Assembly (NCBI GenBank): GCA_003278255.1
Contig: QCFZ01000003.1
Location: forward strand, 55,450 to 119,449
Direction of reading: 5' to 3'
Length of the DNA: 64,000 bases
DNA from: Prochlorococcus sp. AG-363-O15
GTDB taxonomy: Bacteria; Cyanobacteriota; Cyanobacteriia; PCC-6307; Cyanobiaceae
The translations under genes were made by a program, and so were the position numbers. Within the stretch, counting starts at the first letter, position 1; each line of letters begins with the position of its first letter. A model generated the notes under the pieces. It did no database searches. It was not told the DNA's origin and saw nothing but the letters and a program-made list of their open reading frames with translations. Shown here one piece after another: positions 17,579 to 28,289 of the stretch.

Positions 17579-19228
17579 TTAAGTAATAACAGTTGGTGAA
17601 TTCATACAAGTTCGTTGACTAATCTCTGCCAAAGAATCTATATCTAAAATATATTTGCGAAGGGCAATTTGAGGATCTTGATTTAGATCTCCATTTGAGG
17701 AAACATAACTTTCTAAATAAACCCGTAAAGTAGCTCCCTTGGTTCCTGTCCCTGAAAGCCTAAGGATCACTCTGCTGCGATCCTCTAAAAGAATACGCAA
17801 ACCTTGCTTATCTGTAACCGAAGAATCTATTGGATCAATATAACTAAAATTATCAGCCTTTGTCACTTTCTGACCTGCGAAGAGCTGGCCTTCAAGAGTA
17901 GGTAATATTTTAATTAATCTATCATATAAATTATGTGCAACTTCACTAGATATTGATTCATAATCATGACGAGAATAATAATGCCGTCCAAAACGACTCC
18001 AATGTTTCTTCACCAACTCAGCAACTGTAATTTGATTACCTGCAAGAATTTGCAACCAAAACAAAACAGCCCACAGACCATCTTTCTCTCTAACATGATT
18101 ACTACCAGTTCCAAAACTTTCTTCGCCACATAAGGTTATCTTTCCCGCGTCAAGAAGATTACCAAAAAACTTCCATCCTGTTGGTGTTTCATATGAAGGA
18201 ATACCCAATTGTTTAGCAACTACATCAACTGCACCACTTGTTGGCATAGAACGAGCAACACCTGATAAACCATTTTGATAGGCTGGAACTAAATGAGAAT
18301 TAGCAGCTAATATTGCAAGACTATCACTTGGATTAATAAAGCAACCTCGACCCAAGATCATATTACGATCTCCATCGCCATCACAAGCTGCTCCAAAAGC
18401 ATAATGGTCACCCTTAAGCAATAAATCAGCTAATTCATTTGCATAAGTTAAATTAGGATCCGGATGGCATCCACCAAAATCTTCCAAAGGAACGCCATTA
18501 CGAACCGTTCCCAAAGGAGCGGCTAATAATCCTTCTAACAATCTTTTCGCATATGGACCAGTTACAGCATTTAAGGCATCAAAGGCAATAGGGAATTCAT
18601 TGCTAATAAAACTACTAATTTGATCAAAGTCAAATATTTTTTGCATAAGAGATAAGTATTCATCTACGCCATCAATTACCATAACTTCCATATCTCCAAT
18701 AGAATATTGACCTATAGAGTCCAAAGAAATTTGAGAATGATCTATCTTGATGTATCTATCAAGTGTTTTAGTACAATTATATATTGCATTGGTTAATGAC
18801 TCTGAAGCTGGTCCACCATTAGCAGCATTTATTTTTACTCCAAAATCTCCATGAAGACCGCCTGAATTATGGCTAGCCGAAAGAATTATTCCGCCAATTG
18901 CTTTACGTTTCCGAATCAGATTAGATGCAGCAGGAGTAGAAAGAATTCCATCTACAGTTGTTATGACCTTTGATAAGCCATGTGCAGCCGCCATGCCAAG
19001 GATGACATCTATTGCTCGACGATTTCCATAACGGCCATCTCCTCCAACTACTAAAGTGCCTCCCTTAACACCTGGCAAAGTTCTGAAAACTGCCTCTATA
19101 AAACTTTCAAGATAATTAGGTTCTTCAAATTGCTTAGTACTCTTTCTTAAACCAGATGTTCCTGGCTTCTGATCATCAAAAGGATCTATATGGTTGACCT
19201 TTATCGAATTAGGTTCTAATGATTCCAC
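17579..19228 (-). CDS. pgm: Phosphoglucomutase (alpha-D-glucose-phosphate specific)
   Basis: Active-site SASHNSGG, metal loop DGDGDRNM and sugar loop GEESFG; 549 aa, as for bacterial Pgm. Confidence 0.9.
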   Translation of the reverse strand: MESLEPNSIKVNHIDPFDDQKPGTSGLRKSTKQFEEPNYLESFIEAVFRTLPGVKGGTLVVGGDGRYGNRRAIDVILGMAAAHGLSKVITTVDGILSTPAASNLIRKRKAIGGIILSASHNSGGLHGDFGVKINAANGGPASESLTNAIYNCTKTLDRYIKIDHSQISLDSIGQYSIGDMEVMVIDGVDEYLSLMQKIFDFDQISSFISNEFPIAFDALNAVTGPYAKRLLEGLLAAPLGTVRNGVPLEDFGGCHPDPNLTYANELADLLLKGDHYAFGAACDGDGDRNMILGRGCFINPSDSLAILAANSHLVPAYQNGLSGVARSMPTSGAVDVVAKQLGIPSYETPTGWKFFGNLLDAGKITLCGEESFGTGSNHVREKDGLWAVLFWLQILAGNQITVAELVKKHWSRFGRHYYSRHDYESISSEVAHNLYDRLIKILPTLEGQLFAGQKVTKADNFSYIDPIDSSVTDKQGLRILLEDRSRVILRLSGTGTKGATLRVYLESYVSSNGDLNQDPQIALRKYILDIDSLAEISQRTCMNSPTVIT

Positions 19229-19306
19229 AGGATGTTCTTTTAATGAAGTAAAAGCATATTTGATCGCAGCTACTTCATAAAAATACTTCGCAATTTTTTT
19301 TAAGAT

Positions 19307-19477
19307 TCAATGAGGCATCTCAGATGTACGAAGCATTGCAACAAACCACATACTACTAAGAAGTAATGCAAGACCTATCCCTGCCCCTAAGCCAAATCGA
19401 ACAATGATCAAAGGGACTATGACAGGAAAGATTATTGCTCCAGCAATGGGAGTTACTGCTATGAACCATCTCATCAT
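19307..19477 (-). CDS. Small (56 aa) two-TM membrane protein
   Basis: Hand-translated ORF below the track cutoff: MMRWFIAVTPIAGAIIFPVIVPLIIVRFGLGAGIGLALLLSSMWFVAMLRTSEMPH. It is on the same strand as its neighbours and fills the gap. Confidence 0.45.
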   Translation of the reverse strand: MMRWFIAVTPIAGAIIFPVIVPLIIVRFGLGAGIGLALLLSSMWFVAMLRTSEMPH

Positions 19478-19498
19478 TATTAGTTAATTTGATAGTTT

Positions 19499-20641
19499 TT
19501 AAAACCATTCGGACTGAGCTTTATCTCTGGGATTGCTGTTGTCCTCTGGAGTACTACGTTCAAAATGCATTGTGATATTTCTCTTCTGTTTTACCTCATC
19601 GAGCATTGCCTCTATTGGATACTTCTGCAATCCATCGCGAAATGGAACTTGTAAACGAAAGGTACCATCACTAGATAATGGGACATCTTCTCCACCAATA
19701 GTCACAGTTGCCTGAGGATCAGTTGATCCATAAACAATTAATTCAGCATCAGCAATCAACCAAAAAGAACGCTCTCTTGGTGCAATCCCCCCTAAACCTG
19801 ATTCATTTCTCCCACTCGCCCAAAGACCAAGTCCTGAATCATTGAGGCCTTGTCCTCCAAGATTATGTTCTTGAAATTCTTCAGAACCTATTCGGGTTCT
19901 TCTGAAATGAGTAGTGGCAGACTGATAGAGGCGTTCATGTAAACCACTATCTACAGACTCAGCTTCAGAAGAAACAGTCTTTACATCAGGGGAATTATCA
20001 GGAGTCGCATCTAAAGTAAAAGGAACAAACTGATCAAGAATCTGATCACTTGGATGAAGTGATGGGACTCTTGCAGAAGATGAAAAGGCAAGTGACATCC
20101 AACGATTTGCAGACAAATATCCCAATTCAACTCTGTAATCTCTATCACTCATAGGTATAGGCAAATACCATTCGGTGTTGTGACTATCAACCGGGATTTC
20201 TTGCAAGGTATGTGGATGTGCAGTTCCATCACCCAATCCAGTCACATCAGCCAATCTCAGACTCAGACGATTAGCTCCCTGTGCAAACGCTTTTTTCCTA
20301 TCAGACTCAGAGATCTCCCAAAAAACGTATGCCCATTCAGGGTCTCTAGGAAGAAAAACAACTCTTGTATCGCTTTTTGAATTCAAAGAATCCCCATCCT
20401 GGGAAGCAGGCGCTCGCCAAAAAGGTGCTGAAGACTTTTGAGCAGCATCTAGTCTGGCCTGATATTTTTCGATTTCTCTGACAAGAGTCGCCTTACTTTT
20501 ACGGCTATACAAAGGGACTCCCAAGTCACTGGCCTTAAGGCGGAGTTGCCGAAGAGTTAGACGTGTCAGAGATTCTTGGGCTTCGATCAAGTCTAAAAAA
20601 CTCCGTTTTTGTTCGGGATCAGTATGTGGTCTATTTGCCAA
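19499..20641 (-). CDS. Conserved hypothetical protein: Rho-N/SAP-like N-terminal motif plus a DUF4912-like body
   Basis: LTLRQLRLKASDLGVPLYSRKSKATLVREI resembles the Rho termination factor N-terminal (SAP-like) helix pair. The remainder resembles cyanobacterial DUF4912 proteins. Recognised from memory only. Confidence 0.5.
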   Translation of the reverse strand: MANRPHTDPEQKRSFLDLIEAQESLTRLTLRQLRLKASDLGVPLYSRKSKATLVREIEKYQARLDAAQKSSAPFWRAPASQDGDSLNSKSDTRVVFLPRDPEWAYVFWEISESDRKKAFAQGANRLSLRLADVTGLGDGTAHPHTLQEIPVDSHNTEWYLPIPMSDRDYRVELGYLSANRWMSLAFSSSARVPSLHPSDQILDQFVPFTLDATPDNSPDVKTVSSEAESVDSGLHERLYQSATTHFRRTRIGSEEFQEHNLGGQGLNDSGLGLWASGRNESGLGGIAPRERSFWLIADAELIVYGSTDPQATVTIGGEDVPLSSDGTFRLQVPFRDGLQKYPIEAMLDEVKQKRNITMHFERSTPEDNSNPRDKAQSEWF

Positions 20642-20681
20642 TTTCGAACATCAAAAGCATCTGTGGTCAGCATCTACTGAC

Positions 20682-20730
20682 TACACGGCTGTTTTGGGGA
20701 TCATGGACTGATCCCCAAAACAGCCGTGTA
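20682..20730. repeat. Perfect 22-bp inverted repeat with a 5-nt loop (TACACGGCTGTTTTGGGGATCA-TGGAC-TGATCCCCAAAACAGCCGTGTA)
   Basis: Read directly from the sequence. It is intergenic, 41 nt upstream of the 19499..20641 start and 186 nt downstream of the 20916..21296 stop. Confidence 0.9.
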
Positions 20731-20915
20731 GAAAAGGAGTTTCAGGAGAAATCCCTCATCAAACAAAAAGCGTGAATGACAAGGGAATTTCAAAAAACAC
20801 TTTTTTTACAACCAAACTTTAAGAAAAAAACGTTTCTTGTTCTGCACTTTTCCTTTGGGATCAGTTCGCAAACATTAGGGAAGCGTGACAATAATTCGCA
20901 ATAAGTCATTACAAG

Positions 20916-21296
20916 TCAAGGCTCAGTTGACTTAAGGCTTGAATCAATTAAATCATCCAGTGTCAGTTCCAAAGGAGAAACCCCATACAAGCTAGAAATT
21001 TTCTCTAATTGGCGTGCAGCTAAGGAAAGCTGCTGCAATAAAACAGAAATAAAATCTTCTTCATTGGCAATGCTTGATTGAGCCTGGCACCACTTCAAAC
21101 GCACATGCTCATCTGGGAAAGGGCCTGCAGTGGCTCCATTTGCCATTTCTTGAAAAGCGCTCAGACAATGAGCCAGTAATCGCAAATAATGACGATCCAA
21201 CCCTGGTAATCCAGTAGCGTCTATTCGAGCAATATCTTCTTTAGTAAGAGAAGTGCTCCCCCAAGGTCGATTCTCACCCATCCAAACCTCAAGCAA
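20916..21296 (-). CDS. Hypothetical protein (126 aa) divergent from sufB
   Basis: ORF only, with no family recognised. It occupies the position where many cyanobacteria carry sufR, but it has no evident HTH or Fe-S Cys cluster. Confidence 0.5.
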   Translation of the reverse strand: MLEVWMGENRPWGSTSLTKEDIARIDATGLPGLDRHYLRLLAHCLSAFQEMANGATAGPFPDEHVRLKWCQAQSSIANEEDFISVLLQQLSLAARQLEKISSLYGVSPLELTLDDLIDSSLKSTEP

Positions 21297-21462
21297 TGCT
21301 CTAAGGAAATAACCACTCCCAGTGGTCTAATCCTATTTATACTGAAAATCATCCAAAATCCTGCTCAATGCTTTAGAAAAGGAATCAAATCCGAGACCAC
21401 TAACCAAGTAGGTTTCAACTTATAGGGAAACCACTTTCAATCACCAAAACTGGCCAATCACT

Positions 21463-22905
21463 ATGAACAGCGAAAATTCTGTTGGAGAACTTGTTTCACA
21501 ACCTTACAAATATGGATTTGTTACAGATATAGAAACAGAAAAGATCGAAAAGGGTTTGAATGAAGAGGTGGTTAGATTGATATCTAGCAAGAAAAAAGAG
21601 CCGGATTTTCTTTTACAATTCCGATTAAAGGCTTTTAATCAGTGGAAAAAAATGAAAGAACCTATATGGGCTAATCTTGGATATCCAGAAATAGATTATC
21701 AAGATATAATTTATTATGCTGCTCCTAAAAAAATTGAAAAAAAAGAAAGCCTAGAAGAGGTAGATCCTAAATTATTAGAAACATTTGACAAATTAGGTAT
21801 TCCACTAAGCGAGCAAAAACGTTTATCAAATGTTGCTGTAGATGCTGTTTTTGATAGTGTTTCAATAGCAACGACTTACAAAGAAAAACTTGCTGAATAT
21901 GGAGTCATTTTTTGTTCAATAGGTGAAGCTGTCAATGATTACCCTGAATTAATTGAGCGTTATATAGGTAGTGTTGTTCCATCCAATGACAACTTTTTTG
22001 CTGCACTAAATTCTGCTGTTTTTAGCGATGGATCCTTCGTATATATTCCTAAAGGCATTGATTGTCCCATGGAGTTATCCTCATATTTTAGGATCAATTC
22101 TGGAGACACAGGTCAATTTGAACGGACATTAATCATTGCAGAAGAAGGGGCTTCAGTGAGTTATCTTGAAGGGTGTACCGCTCCTATGTTTGACACAAAC
22201 ACCCTCCATGCAGCTGTCGTAGAGTTGGTAGCCCTTGATCATGCTTCGATCAAATATTCAACTGTTCAAAATTGGTATTCAGGCAATGAACATGGAATAG
22301 GTGGAATTTACAATTTCGTAACCAAAAGAGGACATTGCAGAGGCAAAAAAAGTAAAATTAGTTGGTCTCAAGTAGAAACAGGGTCCGCAATTACATGGAA
22401 ATATCCAAGTTGTATTCTGCAAGGTGAAGATTCGATTGGGGAATTCTACTCAGTAGCGTTAACTAATAATCAACAAAAAGCAGATACAGGTACAAAAATG
22501 GTTCATGTCGGCCCACGAACTAGATCAACAATAGTAAGTAAAGGGATTAGTGCAGGTCATTCAAGCAACAGTTATCGTGGGTTAGTTCAAATTGGTTCAA
22601 AAGCATTAGGGGCTAGAAATTACAGCCAATGCGATTCGATGTTAATAGGTGATCAGGCAGAGGCAAAAACTTACCCTTACATACGATCTCAACAACCACA
22701 ATCGAATATCGAGCACGAAGCAAGTACTTGTAGAATATCAGAAGATCAATTGTTTTATCTGCAAAGTCGAGGCATAGGATTTGAAGAAGCTGTTTCGATG
22801 ATGGTAAGCGGTTTCTGTAGAGATGTGTTCAACCAATTGCCTATGGAATTTGCTGCTGAAGCCGACAAACTCCTAGCCTTGAAACTCGAAGGTTCTGTAG
22901 GGTAA
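21463..22905 (+). CDS. sufB: Fe-S cluster assembly scaffold protein SufB
   Basis: Typical SufB N-terminus (YKYGF) and 480-aa length; first gene of sufBCDS. Confidence 0.95.
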   Translation: MNSENSVGELVSQPYKYGFVTDIETEKIEKGLNEEVVRLISSKKKEPDFLLQFRLKAFNQWKKMKEPIWANLGYPEIDYQDIIYYAAPKKIEKKESLEEVDPKLLETFDKLGIPLSEQKRLSNVAVDAVFDSVSIATTYKEKLAEYGVIFCSIGEAVNDYPELIERYIGSVVPSNDNFFAALNSAVFSDGSFVYIPKGIDCPMELSSYFRINSGDTGQFERTLIIAEEGASVSYLEGCTAPMFDTNTLHAAVVELVALDHASIKYSTVQNWYSGNEHGIGGIYNFVTKRGHCRGKKSKISWSQVETGSAITWKYPSCILQGEDSIGEFYSVALTNNQQKADTGTKMVHVGPRTRSTIVSKGISAGHSSNSYRGLVQIGSKALGARNYSQCDSMLIGDQAEAKTYPYIRSQQPQSNIEHEASTCRISEDQLFYLQSRGIGFEEAVSMMVSGFCRDVFNQLPMEFAAEADKLLALKLEGSVG

Positions 22906-22962
22906 ACCCGCATCAAAAATGACTAGAACAATTTTTACTCTCCAAAACAATTCTCTTCTAAC

Positions 22963-23760
22963 GTGATCCGCCAAGACGCAAAAGTAATTCTTGATATTGT
23001 TGACCTCCATGCTCGCGTGGAAGATCAAACAATCCTCAATGGAGTCAATTTAAAAGTTCGGGCTGGCGAAATTCATGCGGTAATGGGTCGTAATGGGAGT
23101 GGTAAAAGCACGCTTTCTAAAATCATTGCTGGCCATCCTGCATACGACGTAACTTCAGGGACAATTTACTTTCAGGGTGAAAATCTATTAGCAATGGAGC
23201 CAGAAGAAAGAGCTAGGGTTGGCATTTTTCTTGGCTTCCAATATCCAATAGAAATACCAGGAGTTAGTAATCTAGAATTTCTACGTGTATCTACTAATGC
23301 TAGACGCACACAATTAGGTCTAGAAGAACTTGATACTTTTGAATTTGAAGATTTAGTGAATGAACGTATAAAACTAGTTCAAATGGATCCAATATTTCTA
23401 AATAGAAGTGTGAATGAAGGATTCTCAGGTGGGGAGAAAAAACGCAATGAGATTCTACAAATGGCATTACTTGAACCAATAGTTGCAATTTTAGATGAGA
23501 CAGATTCTGGTCTTGATATTGATGCACTTAGGATTGTATCTTCGGGCGTAAATCAACTAGCAAAACCTAATACAGCAACAATTTTAATTACTCACTATCA
23601 AAGACTATTAAATGAAATTACACCAGATTATGTTCATGTAATGAATGCAGGAAGAATTATACGTACCGGAGGAAAAAAGTTAGCACTAGAACTAGAGAAA
23701 TCTGGTTATGAATGGTTGGATGCAGAGCCTGGAAACCAGGGGGGTCTTAATCATGGATGA
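22963..23760 (+). CDS. sufC: Fe-S cluster assembly ATPase SufC
   Basis: Walker [10 protein letters not shown], signature FSGGEKKR and Walker [11 protein letters not shown]; GTG start. Confidence 0.95.
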   Translation: MIRQDAKVILDIVDLHARVEDQTILNGVNLKVRAGEIHAVMGRNGSGKSTLSKIIAGHPAYDVTSGTIYFQGENLLAMEPEERARVGIFLGFQYPIEIPGVSNLEFLRVSTNARRTQLGLEELDTFEFEDLVNERIKLVQMDPIFLNRSVNEGFSGGEKKRNEILQMALLEPIVAILDETDSGLDIDALRIVSSGVNQLAKPNTATILITHYQRLLNEITPDYVHVMNAGRIIRTGGKKLALELEKSGYEWLDAEPGNQGGLNHG

Positions 23761-24988
23761 ATACCTCCAATGGCTTGATTCACTTCCTAAAGCCAGTGGG
23801 GCATTAAAAGCAATACAACTACGTGGAAGGGAATCACTAAAGAGGCTTGGACTACCAAATCAAGCAATAGAAGAATGGCGACTTTCAGATATTGCACACC
23901 TTAAAAAAATAATTCAATATCCATATGTAAAAGAATTAAATCAGATATTTGATGAAGAAAATCCTATAAAAAGTTTAGTTGATAACAAGATTCAAATCAT
24001 CATTGATTCACAAGATATTCACAAGGAGTCGATCAATTTACCTAAAGGGATAAGGCACCTAAACCAATCAGAACTAGAACAAAGTCTTGGTCACAGCATT
24101 GAAAAATGTTCATTTATGGATAACTGGACAGTTGCAATGAATCATGCTGCCACAATGGAAGTTTTAGGATTAAAAGTAGAAGGCAAAAATCTTCCTTTAA
24201 TTGAGATAGTAATTCCATCTCAAAGAGACTCATTCATTCCTACTAGAGTAATTATCTTTGTCGAAGAGAATGCTGAATTAGAATTAACACAAATCATTCA
24301 AGGATCACAAAACTCTGTCCATAGTCACGTAATAGAAGTTCATCTAGGTCAAGAAGCCAAAGTTAATCATGGATTATTAGCCTTTGGAGAAATGAATTCC
24401 AGCCTTATGGCAAATATTGCTATTGAACAAAATGCACGTAGCAATTATTCTTTAACTACTGTACAAGAAGGATGGTTATTTAGCAGGCTAGAACCAAGAG
24501 TAGTGCAAATTGAAGGTCAAGCACATACTAATATAAAAGGATTACAAATTTCGAAAGGAAAAGATCAAATTGCAACTCATTCTTTAGTCCGGTTTGATGG
24601 ACCTGAAGGCACCTTAGATCAACTTCAAAAAGCTGCTGCTGCTGACCATTCTCATTGTATTTTTAATGGAAGCATTGAAGTCCCAAGAATTGCCCAAAAA
24701 ACTAATGCAAACCAATTAAGCAGAAATTTACTTCTATCAAGTAATGCTCGAATTGATACCAAACCCGAATTAGAAATTGTTGCTGATGACGTTCGCTGTG
24801 CTCATGGAGCGACGGTAAGCCAGCTTGAAGAAGAACAAATCTTTTATCTTCGTAGCAGGGGCATAGAAGATGATCAAGCTGCTGCTCTTATTTTTAAAGG
24901 CTACTGTCAGGAGATTTTGAATTGTTTGCCACAAAATAAAGATAAAACCCAAATAATGCAAAAATTACTTAGAGGTATGAGGAAATGA
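23753..24988 (+). CDS. sufD: Fe-S cluster assembly protein SufD
   Basis: SufB/D-family C-terminal beta-helix region ([22 protein letters not shown]). The ATG at 23753 overlaps the sufC stop (ATGGATGA), which I prefer to the upstream track start. Confidence 0.9.
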   Translation: MDEYLQWLDSLPKASGALKAIQLRGRESLKRLGLPNQAIEEWRLSDIAHLKKIIQYPYVKELNQIFDEENPIKSLVDNKIQIIIDSQDIHKESINLPKGIRHLNQSELEQSLGHSIEKCSFMDNWTVAMNHAATMEVLGLKVEGKNLPLIEIVIPSQRDSFIPTRVIIFVEENAELELTQIIQGSQNSVHSHVIEVHLGQEAKVNHGLLAFGEMNSSLMANIAIEQNARSNYSLTTVQEGWLFSRLEPRVVQIEGQAHTNIKGLQISKGKDQIATHSLVRFDGPEGTLDQLQKAAAADHSHCIFNGSIEVPRIAQKTNANQLSRNLLLSSNARIDTKPELEIVADDVRCAHGATVSQLEEEQIFYLRSRGIEDDQAAALIFKGYCQEILNCLPQNKDKTQIMQKLLRGMRK

Positions 24989-26241
24989 AGTCTGAGTCAA
25001 GAAATCTTGCTGAGATAACCAGAAATGATTTCCCACTAATAAGAAATAGTGAATTAAATAGCAAAAAATTAATTTATCTAGATCACGCAGCAACAAGTCA
25101 AAAGCCTAAAGAAGTAATCGACACTATTAATGAATATTATTCAACCTATAACGCAAATGTTCATAGAGGCGCACATCAATTAAGTGCTCGAGCCACTGAG
25201 GCCTTTGAATTATCAAGAGAAATTACTTCTAATTTTATTAATGCGTACTCGTCAAAAGAGATAGTTTTTACTAGGAATGCAACTGAAGCAATAAACCTTG
25301 TCGCTCGTAGTTGGGGGGACAAGGAATTAAACAAAGGAGATGAAATACTTTTAACAATCATGGAACATCACAGCAACATTGTTCCATGGCAATTAATAGC
25401 AAAACGAACTGGATGTATTCTTCGTTATGTTGGTGTTACTGAAAATGGGGAAATAGATTTTGAAGATCTAACCAATAAACTCAACAAAAATACTCGCCTA
25501 TTAAGCCTTGTCCATATCAGTAATGCACTAGGGTGCTGCAATCCAATACAAAAAATAACAGAACATGCTCATAAGTATCACACCTTAGTTCTGCTTGATG
25601 CCTGCCAAAGTCTTGCTCATCAGCCTATAGATATCAGATCATTAAATATAGACTTTTTAACAGGTTCCTCCCACAAATTGTGTGGTCCAACCGGAGTAGG
25701 TTTTCTTTGGGCTCGTGAAGAGATACTGGAATCAATGCCACCATTTTTAGGAGGTGGCGAGATGATTCAGGATGTCTCTTTAAATGAAACCACATGGGCA
25801 GATTTACCTCACAAATTTGAAGCTGGTACGCCCGCAATAGGTGAGGCTATAGCTATGGGAAAAGCTCTCAGATATTTAGAAAGGATCGGGTTAAATAATA
25901 TTCAAGAATGGGAAAAAGTCTTAACCAAATATCTTTTCGAAAATTTAAATAGTATTGAAGGATTAAAAATTCTTGGACCAAATCCTGAGAAGCAACCCAG
26001 TCGAGGAGCTCTGGCTACCTTTACAGTAAACAATATTCATGCAAATGATATAGCTGAACTACTAGATATAAGCGGAATCTGTATTCGCAGCGGTCATCAC
26101 TGTTGTCAACCTCTGCATAAACATTATGGACTCAATTCAACCTCTAGGGCAAGTTTGAGCTTCACTTCTACATTACAAGAGATAGATCAGTTTGCCACAG
26201 AGCTAAAGTCAACAATCGATTTTCTGAAGCGTCATAGTTAA
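24985..26241 (+). CDS. sufS: Cysteine desulfurase SufS (class V aminotransferase)
   Basis: PLP-lysine motif SSHKLCGPTG and catalytic loop RSGHHCCQP. ATGA overlap with sufD. Confidence 0.95.
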   Translation: MKSESRNLAEITRNDFPLIRNSELNSKKLIYLDHAATSQKPKEVIDTINEYYSTYNANVHRGAHQLSARATEAFELSREITSNFINAYSSKEIVFTRNATEAINLVARSWGDKELNKGDEILLTIMEHHSNIVPWQLIAKRTGCILRYVGVTENGEIDFEDLTNKLNKNTRLLSLVHISNALGCCNPIQKITEHAHKYHTLVLLDACQSLAHQPIDIRSLNIDFLTGSSHKLCGPTGVGFLWAREEILESMPPFLGGGEMIQDVSLNETTWADLPHKFEAGTPAIGEAIAMGKALRYLERIGLNNIQEWEKVLTKYLFENLNSIEGLKILGPNPEKQPSRGALATFTVNNIHANDIAELLDISGICIRSGHHCCQPLHKHYGLNSTSRASLSFTSTLQEIDQFATELKSTIDFLKRHS

Positions 26242-28157
26242 AAACCTAAATGTTTATTAAAAAAAGATTCTGTTGCTTCAAGGACTTTGATTTTCGTATT
26301 TATATCTCGGAAACCATGACCTTCATTTTTAAACAATTGGAGCTCAACGTCAATATTATTTTCTCTTAATATAGTTGCCATTTTCTCTGTTTGTTCTGGT
26401 GGCACTACTTTATCTTTTAAACCTTGAAAAAAAATAACTGGAGATTTAATCTTATCAGAATTATTTAAAGGTGATCTCTCCCCATAGCGTTGAGGGTATT
26501 TAGCAAATTCACCTAAAAGAGAGTCCAAATAGCATTTTTCAAACCTATGGGTATCTTCCGCCATAGCTTTTAGGTCACTTACTGCATATCTACATGCACC
26601 AACTCTAAATACATCTGTAAAACATAAACAAGCCAACGTCGTAAATCCACCAGCACTACCTCCCTCAATTGCAATCATTGCTGGATCTGTTTTACCAAGA
26701 TCAATCAAAGTTTTGGCAGCCGCAGAACAATCAAAAACATCTACAACACCCCAACCATGATTCAAACGCTCTCTATATTCGCGACCAAATCCTGAAGATC
26801 CACCATAATTAACATCTACAACACCCCAACCTCTTGATGTCCAAAACTGAATACCAAGATTTAAACCTCTTTTTGCCATTGAAGTTGGTCCACTATGGCT
26901 TTTAACTAATAAAGGACTTGAACCATCTTTTTTAAAACTAGGAGGGTAATACCACGCATGAGTTTGCTTTTTATCCCAACCTTCAAACCAAAGTGACTGT
27001 CCAACACTAATTTCATCTTCTGACATGATCGCTCTCCTAACGGGAGTATGTTGCCAAGAACCAGTATTTAAATCCAATTCAAGTAAGCCTGATTCTGTAA
27101 TTGAATTACTTGCAACAGCAACAGCACGCCAAGAATCCGAAGATAAATAAGACAAATCATCGAAAGGTTGATTTATCTCTTTAATTGAGCCATCTAGAGA
27201 AAAAAGTTTTAATTTCCAACTACCATTATCACATAGACACGCCAGAATCTTATTATTTGCAGAACTTTTAATTGACATTCCATAAACCCATTGAGGCATT
27301 GCAAATTCTGCTTTTATTGGCCATAAATAACGCCATTTTTTCGAAGATTCTGAATTGATTTTAGAGTCATTTATTATCAAGTTCGACCAGCCATTACTAT
27401 CCTCACTCACAACTAATTCTCCTGTTTCCAACCAAATTGGTTGAAAGACTGATTTTCTATTCTTCTTTTCTGGAGAACTACCTGCTAAAACAAATTTAGC
27501 ATTTATTTCTCCTAACTCATCCAAACAACAACAATATATTTGGCTTGCCTCCCAAGGCATTGCCGGTTGTTGCCATTCCACCCATGCCAAATGCATACCA
27601 TCAGGGCTTATAGTTACATAACCAAGAAAATCCTTAGGTGTGTAGAGAACTTTAACTTTCTTATGATCTTGTATAAACGAATAACTCACTAAATAATCCT
27701 TTTCATCCTGCTCCATTACTCCAATCCATCGTTGATATTTCAAATCAATCAACCCATCAGCCAAGCAATGAGTCCCAGGAGAAGAAAGACAAATTGGTAA
27801 ATGGTTTGCCTTAAAAAAAGGCTGGTTATCTATCTCATCTTCGCTTTGAATGGTCCATTGCTGGAACCATAAACAACCATTGCAATCATCAATCCAACTG
27901 ATCCAAACTTGCTTGTCTTTGATTGCACTAGCAAAAGCACCTCCTCCATAAGTATGTATACGTGTGCGCACGTCAATTGGATAAGGAGTTAACTCCTGAG
28001 GAGCAAGATGACTTTTCCCCCAAGGTCGACTTAAAACTGTCATTCTTCCCTCTTCCTCCTGTCTTTGCTCTAACCAAAACACCCATTGATCATGTAAATG
28101 TGGTTCTTTTAAGGCAGGTGTTTGCCCTAAAGCATTTTTGGCAGACAAAGGCTTCAT
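26238..28157 (-). CDS. S9-family serine peptidase (prolyl oligopeptidase / acylaminoacyl-peptidase-like) with an N-terminal beta-propeller
   Basis: Nucleophile elbow GGSAGGF and a C-terminal alpha/beta hydrolase with D and H (EGHGF). I prefer the start at M45 (28157); the track start at 28289 would abut the divergent def start. Confidence 0.8.
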   Translation of the reverse strand: MKPLSAKNALGQTPALKEPHLHDQWVFWLEQRQEEEGRMTVLSRPWGKSHLAPQELTPYPIDVRTRIHTYGGGAFASAIKDKQVWISWIDDCNGCLWFQQWTIQSEDEIDNQPFFKANHLPICLSSPGTHCLADGLIDLKYQRWIGVMEQDEKDYLVSYSFIQDHKKVKVLYTPKDFLGYVTISPDGMHLAWVEWQQPAMPWEASQIYCCCLDELGEINAKFVLAGSSPEKKNRKSVFQPIWLETGELVVSEDSNGWSNLIINDSKINSESSKKWRYLWPIKAEFAMPQWVYGMSIKSSANNKILACLCDNGSWKLKLFSLDGSIKEINQPFDDLSYLSSDSWRAVAVASNSITESGLLELDLNTGSWQHTPVRRAIMSEDEISVGQSLWFEGWDKKQTHAWYYPPSFKKDGSSPLLVKSHSGPTSMAKRGLNLGIQFWTSRGWGVVDVNYGGSSGFGREYRERLNHGWGVVDVFDCSAAAKTLIDLGKTDPAMIAIEGGSAGGFTTLACLCFTDVFRVGACRYAVSDLKAMAEDTHRFEKCYLDSLLGEFAKYPQRYGERSPLNNSDKIKSPVIFFQGLKDKVVPPEQTEKMATILRENNIDVELQLFKNEGHGFRDINTKIKVLEATESFFNKHLGF

Positions 28158-28289
28158 ATCTAACTGCAGCGAATTGAATTCATGCAATGGATAGTCATTT
28201 TGATTAATAGCCCAAAAAAACGATCCTTGATGCGTTCTAAAATAAAGAAATGAATTTGAGTGTTCTACTTGGCTCGAAGCTTTGCGCAA

